Positions 6,323-12,521 of a stretch of DNA of 12,521 nucleotides are shown here, in pieces. This DNA comes from Candidatus Methylomirabilota bacterium (lineage in GTDB: Bacteria > Methylomirabilota > Methylomirabilia > Rokubacteriales > CSP1-6): positions 1 through 12,521 of the forward strand of contig JBKPAK010000140.1 in NCBI GenBank assembly GCA_046726415.1. Direction: 5' to 3'. The stretch's first letter is position 1; each line of letters begins with the position of its first letter. The position numbers and the translations under genes are program-made. The notes under the pieces were generated by a model. That model was not told the DNA's origin. It saw only the letters and a program-made list of their open reading frames with translations, and searched no databases.

Positions 6323-6362
6323 CGCGCGCCACGCCAGCCAGACCGCCGTCGGCTAAGCGGTA

Positions 6363-7805
<1,443 letters not shown>

Positions 7806-7864
7806 GACTCCTCTCTTCACGGCGATTGGGGCGATGCGTTTTCAGGCCATCGCCGGCGACGCGG

Positions 7865-9079
7865 TCAGGGCAGCTTCAGGAGGATGCGGAACTGCTCCAG
7901 CTCGCGCTGGGGCACATCGGGACGCTCGAGCAGGCTGGCGTAGAGCGCGGCGGGCCTTTCCTCGATGGCCCGCAGGACACGCGCGAACAGACGCATCAGC
8001 CGCTGAGATTCCTTCTCGGCTTTCTCGGTGGCCAGGGAACTGGCGAGCTTGACCACCAGGGTGCCGAAAGGCCCATCGATCTTGAGCTGGCTCGAGATAT
8101 CGGCGACGAGGCGATCCCGCCCATCGCTGGTCGGCTGCGCGTCGTAGTTGATGGTCACCACGGCCTCGCCCGGGATCGGAGGCAGGAGCTTGTGCTGGAA
8201 CTCCCCCTTGGCGTAGAGCACGCGCGTGCCGCTGGTGGCGTGGACCACGAAGACCTGTCCGGTCGCACCCCAGCCGTCGTCGACGAACAGCCCTTCGTCG
8301 GTCCGCCACATGCGATAACGCGCCAGCCGGAGGGCCCGGGTGATGTGGGTGGCAAAGTCCGGATGGTCGAGCAGGAACTCGAACACGTCTCGTCGGCCCA
8401 CGAACGGCTCTCCCGCAGTGCGCGCCGACACCGATGGATTGCGCGTCACGGCATCGAGGCGGCTCAAGCTGACCCGGCGATCCGCGGCCTGTCCGCCGGG
8501 ATCATCGCCGGCGATTGCCTGATCGGGCGCGGCCTTGGGCTCATCATCGGACGCCGCTCGACCGGCGATGAGATCGGCACTCGCGGCGGGATCGGTCGAC
8601 TGAGCGATGCTATTCGCGGCCGACGGCGCGGCGCTCGACTCGGCGATCGCCGGAACCGAATTCGCATCCTGGCTCGCTTCCGGGCCGATGTTGGACGGGG
8701 GCGCGACCGCGGTCGATGGCGACACCATCTCGGCGACCGCGTGGGGCTCCGCAGACGGCGACACTTCCGGGTGGGGCTCCGCGGACGGCGACAGCTCCGC
8801 GTGGGCTTCCGGAGGCGGCGACACCTCCTCGCCCGTGAGCGGCGAGACGGGAGGAAGGGCCACCGGGGAGGCCGCCGTCCGAGATGGACGAGCCGCAGGG
8901 GAGGCGGCCACCGCCCGCGGCGCTACTGTTGCATCCGCAGCCACGACCTCGACGATCAGGAGATCGCCTCCGATCGTGTCGACGAGGGCACCGAAGGGAA
9001 ACGCGCCGCCGAGGAATATGACGGCGAGATGGAACGCGAGCGACACCCCCAGCGCCGCGGCCCCGCGCTGAATCGGCAC
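7865..9079 (-). CDS. Hypothetical membrane-anchored protein: N-terminal TM helix, Pro/Ala/Ser-rich linker and a C-terminal globular domain of about 195 aa
   Basis: GTG start with SD-like GGAGAAG upstream. TM segment AAALGVSLAFHLAVIFLGG, a low-complexity middle and a well-formed alpha/beta C-terminus. It fills the gap between two co-oriented genes. Confidence 0.8.
   Translation of the reverse strand: MPIQRGAAALGVSLAFHLAVIFLGGAFPFGALVDTIGGDLLIVEVVAADATVAPRAVAASPAARPSRTAASPVALPPVSPLTGEEVSPPPEAHAELSPSAEPHPEVSPSAEPHAVAEMVSPSTAVAPPSNIGPEASQDANSVPAIAESSAAPSAANSIAQSTDPAASADLIAGRAASDDEPKAAPDQAIAGDDPGGQAADRRVSLSRLDAVTRNPSVSARTAGEPFVGRRDVFEFLLDHPDFATHITRALRLARYRMWRTDEGLFVDDGWGATGQVFVVHATSGTRVLYAKGEFQHKLLPPIPGEAVVTINYDAQPTSDGRDRLVADISSQLKIDGPFGTLVVKLASSLATEKAEKESQRLMRLFARVLRAIEERPAALYASLLERPDVPQRELEQFRILLKLP
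8741..8830 (-). repeat. Coding tandem repeat, 3 x 30 bp (10-aa units EVSPPPEAHA / ELSPSAEPHP / EVSPSAEPHA)
   Basis: Units start at 8741, 8771 and 8801 on the + strand. Units 1 and 2 match at 26/30. A degenerate partial unit lies at about 8718-8740. Confidence 0.9.
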
Positions 9080-9096
9080 TACACGCTTCTCCGCAT
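9079..9096 (-). other. Putative leaderless mini-ORF MRRSV* overlapping the GTG start of the downstream gene
   Basis: The - strand reads TATAAT-tcgcgta-ATG CGG AGA AGC GTG TAG. The G of TAG (9079) is the first base of the GTG start. Confidence 0.35.
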
Positions 9097-9103
9097 TACG
9101 CGA

Positions 9104-9109
9104 ATTATA
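9104..9109 (-). promoter_or_regulatory. Consensus -10 box TATAAT containing the dehydratase stop codon
   Basis: ...GTA TAA T... forms a perfect TATAAT in GC-rich DNA. No clear -35. Confidence 0.6.
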
Positions 9110-10847
9110 CGGCGCCCGCGGCTCCCGCGTCGTGTTCTGCGCGTTCCGCGTGGGGTCCGCGCGGAGATGCGCGGAGGAAGTCGAAGTCGCAGCCTGCGTC
9201 GGCCTGGAGCACGTGCTCCGCGTAAAGGCGCCGATAACCTCGGGGAGGCGCCGTCGGTCCGGCCGTGGCGGCCACCCGGCGCTTCACCTCGCGCTCTTCG
9301 ACCAGGAGGTCGAGCCGGCGATCCTTCACGCTCAACCTGATCCGGTCGCCCTGCCGCACCGCGGCCAGCGGTCCGCCCGCCGCCGCCTCGGGCGTCACGT
9401 GAAGCACGATGGTGCCGTACGCGGTGCCGCTCATCCGCGCGTCGGAGATGCGCACCAGATCGGTGATGCCGGCCCCGCTGAGCTTCTGGGGGATCGGCAG
9501 ATAGCCGGCCTCCGGCATGCCGGGACCGCCCAGCGGTCCCGCGTTCTTGAGGACCATGTAGTCCGCCGGCGTCACGTCGAGCGCGGGGTCATCGACGCGC
9601 GCAGCAAGATCGTCGAGGGATTCGAAGACCACCGCCCGACCCTCGCCCTCGAATAGCCGCGGGTCAGCGGCCGAGCGCTTGAGGATGGCGCCACGCGGCG
9701 CCAGCGATCCGAAGAGCGCGACGAGTCCCCCCACGCCCTGGAACGGATCGGTCGCGCTCCTGATCACGCCGCGGTCGACGTAGGGGTCGGCGGCATCGAT
9801 GCGCGCGCCTATGGTCTCTCCGGTCACCGTGAGGCAGTCGAGATCCAGCATGGAGCGCAGCTCGCGGAGGACGGCGGGCATTCCCCCCGCGGCGAAGAAG
9901 TCCTCCATGTAGTGCTGCCCCGATGGCTTCAGATCCACCAGCACCGGAGTTGCGTCGCTGATGCGGTTCAGCTTCTCCAGCGAGAGGTCGATCCCGCACC
10001 GTCCGGCGATCGCCGTGAGATGCACGATAGCGTTCGTGGACCCGCCGATGGCCAGGAGCACCCGCAGGGCGTTGTCGAAGGCCGCGGATGTCATGATCCG
10101 CGCCGGCTCGAGGCGCGAGCGAGCCAGGGCGACCGCGGCGGCACCCGAGGCTTCCGCCACCCGCAGGCGATCGGCGTGGACGGCGGGAACGGCGGCGGCG
10201 CCTGGGACCGTCATCCCCAGCGCCTCAGCCAGACAGGCCATGGTGCTGGCCGTGCCCATGACCGCGCAGGTCCCCGTCGTGGTGGCCAAGCGCCCTTCCA
10301 CGCCGTCGACCTCCTCGGCCGAGAGCTGCCCCGCGCGGTACTTGCCCCAGAAGCGCCGGCAGTCCGTGCAGGCGCCGAGCCGCTCGTCCTGCCAGCGGCC
10401 GGTCATCATCGGGCCCGCGGGAACCTGGATGGCGGGAACACCAGCCGACGCGGCTCCCATGAGCTGGGCGGGGAGGGTCTTGTCGCAGCCCCCGACGAGC
10501 ACCACTGCGTCCATGGGCTGGGCGCGGACCATCTCCTCAACGTCCATCGACATGAGGTTGCGGTAGAGCATGCTGGTGGGCTCGAGGAAGACCTCACCCA
10601 ACGAGATGGTGGGAAAGTCGAGGGGCAGGCCGCCGGCCGCCGTCACCCCTCGCTTCACCGCCTCCACCAGTTCGGGCAGATGGCGATGGCAGTTGTTGAA
10701 TCCGCTGCGAGAATCGGCGACACCGACGATCGGGCGCCCCAGGGCCGCGGTGGAATAGCCCATCGAACGGGCGAAGGAGCGCCGGAGGTAGAGCGCGAAG
10801 TCCCGGTCGCCGTAGTTCGTCAGGCCACGTCGCAGTCCCTCGCTCAT
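9105..10847 (-). CDS. IlvD/Edd-family [Fe-S] dihydroxy-acid/sugar-acid dehydratase (580 aa)
   Basis: Three cluster Cys (NNC53H, C121DKT, GTC194AVMGTA) plus GGSTNAIVHL, GPGMPE, SDARMSGT and HVTPEAA. No ilv/leu genes lie nearby. Confidence 0.95.
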   Translation of the reverse strand: MSEGLRRGLTNYGDRDFALYLRRSFARSMGYSTAALGRPIVGVADSRSGFNNCHRHLPELVEAVKRGVTAAGGLPLDFPTISLGEVFLEPTSMLYRNLMSMDVEEMVRAQPMDAVVLVGGCDKTLPAQLMGAASAGVPAIQVPAGPMMTGRWQDERLGACTDCRRFWGKYRAGQLSAEEVDGVEGRLATTTGTCAVMGTASTMACLAEALGMTVPGAAAVPAVHADRLRVAEASGAAAVALARSRLEPARIMTSAAFDNALRVLLAIGGSTNAIVHLTAIAGRCGIDLSLEKLNRISDATPVLVDLKPSGQHYMEDFFAAGGMPAVLRELRSMLDLDCLTVTGETIGARIDAADPYVDRGVIRSATDPFQGVGGLVALFGSLAPRGAILKRSAADPRLFEGEGRAVVFESLDDLAARVDDPALDVTPADYMVLKNAGPLGGPGMPEAGYLPIPQKLSGAGITDLVRISDARMSGTAYGTIVLHVTPEAAAGGPLAAVRQGDRIRLSVKDRRLDLLVEEREVKRRVAATAGPTAPPRGYRRLYAEHVLQADAGCDFDFLRASPRGPHAERAEHDAGAAGAV

Positions 10848-10853
10848 GCCGGC

Positions 10854-10882
10854 ACTATGGCGTCGACGCGCGCTTCGGTCAA
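10854..10882 (-). promoter_or_regulatory. Sigma70-type promoter TTGACC-N17-CATAGT, 6 nt before the dehydratase ATG (leaderless)
   Basis: -35 at 10882-10877, exact 17-nt spacer, -10 at 10859-10854, then gccggc-ATG. No SD. Confidence 0.7.
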
Positions 10883-10905
10883 CCGCGTCAGCGGTCGCAG
10901 GCAGG

Positions 10906-10923
10906 CCACCCGGCCGAGGGTGG
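10906..10923 (-). terminator. Short hairpin CCACCC-N6-GGGTGG after the molybdoenzyme gene
   Basis: 6-bp GC stem 17 nt after the stop, with no U-tract. Confidence 0.2.
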
Positions 10924-10940
10924 TAGTCAGCCGCCGCCGC

Positions 10941-12521
10941 TCAGGACGAAGGAGGGACGGGATCGCCAGCGCGAATCGGCAGCCGGATCAGACCGGCAGC
11001 GCGGATGGGCAAAGCGGTGATGGATACGCCGGCCTGACGGACGGCATCGGCCACGGCGTTGGCGATGGCGGCCGGAGCGCCGATCGTTCCCCCCTCGCCC
11101 ATACCCTTGATGCCACCCGGTGTGAGCGGTGACGGCGTCTCCAGGTGGCCGATCTCAAAGGAAGGCACGTCACATGCGCGCGGAAGGGCGTAGTCCATCA
11201 GCGTGGCGGTCAGGAGCTGGCCGGTCTCGTCGTGGATCAGCTCTTCGAGGAGTGCCTCGCCAATGCCCTGGGTGACGGCCCCATGGATCTGTCCATCCAC
11301 GGCGAGCGGGTTGACGAGGGGACCGCAATCCTCCACCAGCGCATAGCGAAGCACGCGGACCCGACCGGTGTCGGGATCGACCTCGACGACGCTCAGGTGC
11401 ACAGCGCCCGAGTAGGTGGGGCCCGGCGGATCGAAGTACACGGTCGACTCCAAGCCCGGCTCGAGACCCTGCGGCCATGTGGCGGGAGCCGGCGCGTAGG
11501 CGCGCCGGGCAATCTCGGCGACGCTGAGCCCGGAGCCTGGCGCCCCGCGCACGCGGGCGCGACCATCGGCGAGCGCGATGTCGTCCACGGCGGCCTCCAG
11601 GAAATGCGCGGCCAGGCGCACGATCTTGATGCGCAGGAGGTCGGCGGCCACACCCACGGTCCCGCCGAGGGCAATCGCGCCTCGGCTTCCGAAAGTTCCG
11701 CTGCCGCCCGCCACTCCCTGCGTGTCGATCGGCAGGAGGCGCACCTGCTCGAGGCGAACGCCAAGTCGATCAGCGACGATCTGGGCCACGGTGGTCGCGT
11801 GCCCCTGCCCTTGCGACGGGAAGCTGACCGCGCAGCAGACGGTGCCATCCGGCTGCACGGTCACCCGGCCCGCCTCGACGCCGGATACCTCCCGCATGCC
11901 GCGGCGCCGGAATACCGCCGATCCCATGCCGGTGTATTCCGTGTAGCACGCCAGACCGATGCCAATCCACCGCCCCTGCTCACGAGCTTCCTCCTGTTCG
12001 CGTCGGAGTCGCGCGTAGTCGGCCTGGGCGAGCAGTTGCTCCAGCGCTTTGGGATAGTCGCCGCTGTCGTAGGCCTGGTCGGTCGCGGACGTGAACGGAT
12101 ACGCGTCTCTCGGGATGAGGTTGCGCCGTCGGATCTCGGCCGGATCCAGATCGAGCCGGTTCGCGAGCTGATCGAGCATGCGTTCCATGACGAAGGCGGC
12201 CATCGTCATGCCCACCCCGCGGTAGGCGCCCAACGGGGCTTTGTGGGTCCGCACCGCGATGGCCTCCCACGCGTACGCCGGCAGCACGTAGGGGCCCGGA
12301 AGGATCATCGCCGTACCCAGGGGCTCGAGCGCCTGGGTCAGCGGATACGCGTGATAGGCGCCCGCATCGGAGCGCACGCGGGCCCGCACGGCGAGCAGCC
12401 GCCCGCTGGCGTCCGCCGCCATCTCGACCGCGGTCTCCTGCTCCCGCGCCTGCGAGGCGGCCGTGAGATTCTCCCGGCGCTCTTCCATCCACTTCACGGG
12501 CCGCCGGAGCAGACGCGCCGC
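10941..12521 (-). CDS. Xanthine dehydrogenase family molybdopterin-binding large subunit (CoxL/CutL form II-like), 5'-truncated by the window edge
   Basis: Motifs RPVKWME, AYRGVG, DPAEIRRRN, YDSGDY, QGQGHATT, TFGSRG, VEVDPDTG, GQIHG and KGMGEGG (catalytic Glu). The frame stays open to 12521 (AARLLRRPVKW...), so the track start at 12497 is internal. Confidence 0.95.
   Translation of the reverse strand, partial: AARLLRRPVKWMEERRENLTAASQAREQETAVEMAADASGRLLAVRARVRSDAGAYHAYPLTQALEPLGTAMILPGPYVLPAYAWEAIAVRTHKAPLGAYRGVGMTMAAFVMERMLDQLANRLDLDPAEIRRRNLIPRDAYPFTSATDQAYDSGDYPKALEQLLAQADYARLRREQEEAREQGRWIGIGLACYTEYTGMGSAVFRRRGMREVSGVEAGRVTVQPDGTVCCAVSFPSQGQGHATTVAQIVADRLGVRLEQVRLLPIDTQGVAGGSGTFGSRGAIALGGTVGVAADLLRIKIVRLAAHFLEAAVDDIALADGRARVRGAPGSGLSVAEIARRAYAPAPATWPQGLEPGLESTVYFDPPGPTYSGAVHLSVVEVDPDTGRVRVLRYALVEDCGPLVNPLAVDGQIHGAVTQGIGEALLEELIHDETGQLLTATLMDYALPRACDVPSFEIGHLETPSPLTPGGIKGMGEGGTIGAPAAIANAVADAVRQAGVSITALPIRAAGLIRLPIRAGDPVPPSS

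Noticed and set aside
6323..6362. Bidirectional terminator between the convergent OMP and fumC genes
   Set aside because: There is only a weak bulged stem (agccagac-cgcc-gtcggct) and no U-tract on either strand.
7821..7860. GGCGAT repeats and a 7-bp hairpin (7830-7854) upstream of fumC
   Set aside because: This short GC-rich stem has no U-tract and does not cover the SD, so it cannot be told from chance.
8741..8830. 30-bp repeats as a CRISPR array
   Set aside because: They are contiguous, in-frame coding repeats without spacers.
7826..9340. 504-aa + strand ORF and other long alternative ORFs (264-1148, 4248-5180, 7005-7943, 9912-11132 and others)
   Set aside because: They are antisense or off-frame shadows of well-supported genes, carry no recognisable motifs, and are expected in high-GC DNA.
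12495..12497. GTG start of the molybdoenzyme gene given in the ORF track
   Set aside because: It is the Val of the internal RPVKW motif. The frame continues past the window edge.

Overview
High-GC bacterial window, diderm judging by an outer-membrane beta-barrel gene, densely packed with organic-acid catabolic genes. Left to right: a probable secreted-protein start running off the left edge (-); an acyl-CoA dehydrogenase (-) divergent from an AiiA/AttM-like metallo-beta-lactamase-fold lactonase (+); a + strand unit of MmgE/PrpD-family enzyme, CaiB/BaiF-family enzyme and a translationally coupled outer-membrane protein with two tandem beta-barrel repeats; then, convergent on the - strand, fumC, an uncharacterised membrane-anchored Pro/Ala/Ser-linker protein, an IlvD/Edd-family dehydratase and the 3' part of a xanthine dehydrogenase/CoxL-like molybdoenzyme large subunit. 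I found no rRNA, tRNA, CRISPR array or mobile element. The most notable signals are: (i) a duplicated promoter segment, a leaderless 35-aa uORF and mutually exclusive RNA stems upstream of the MmgE/PrpD gene; (ii) two adjacent enzymes whose residues fit stereo-inverting (epimerase/racemase) chemistry; (iii) the double-barrel OMP; (iv) a TonB-like anchor and linker ending in a non-TonB domain; (v) five -10 boxes 6-8 nt before an ATG, suggesting leaderless transcription. All family calls come from motif recognition by eye; no database search or folding program was run.
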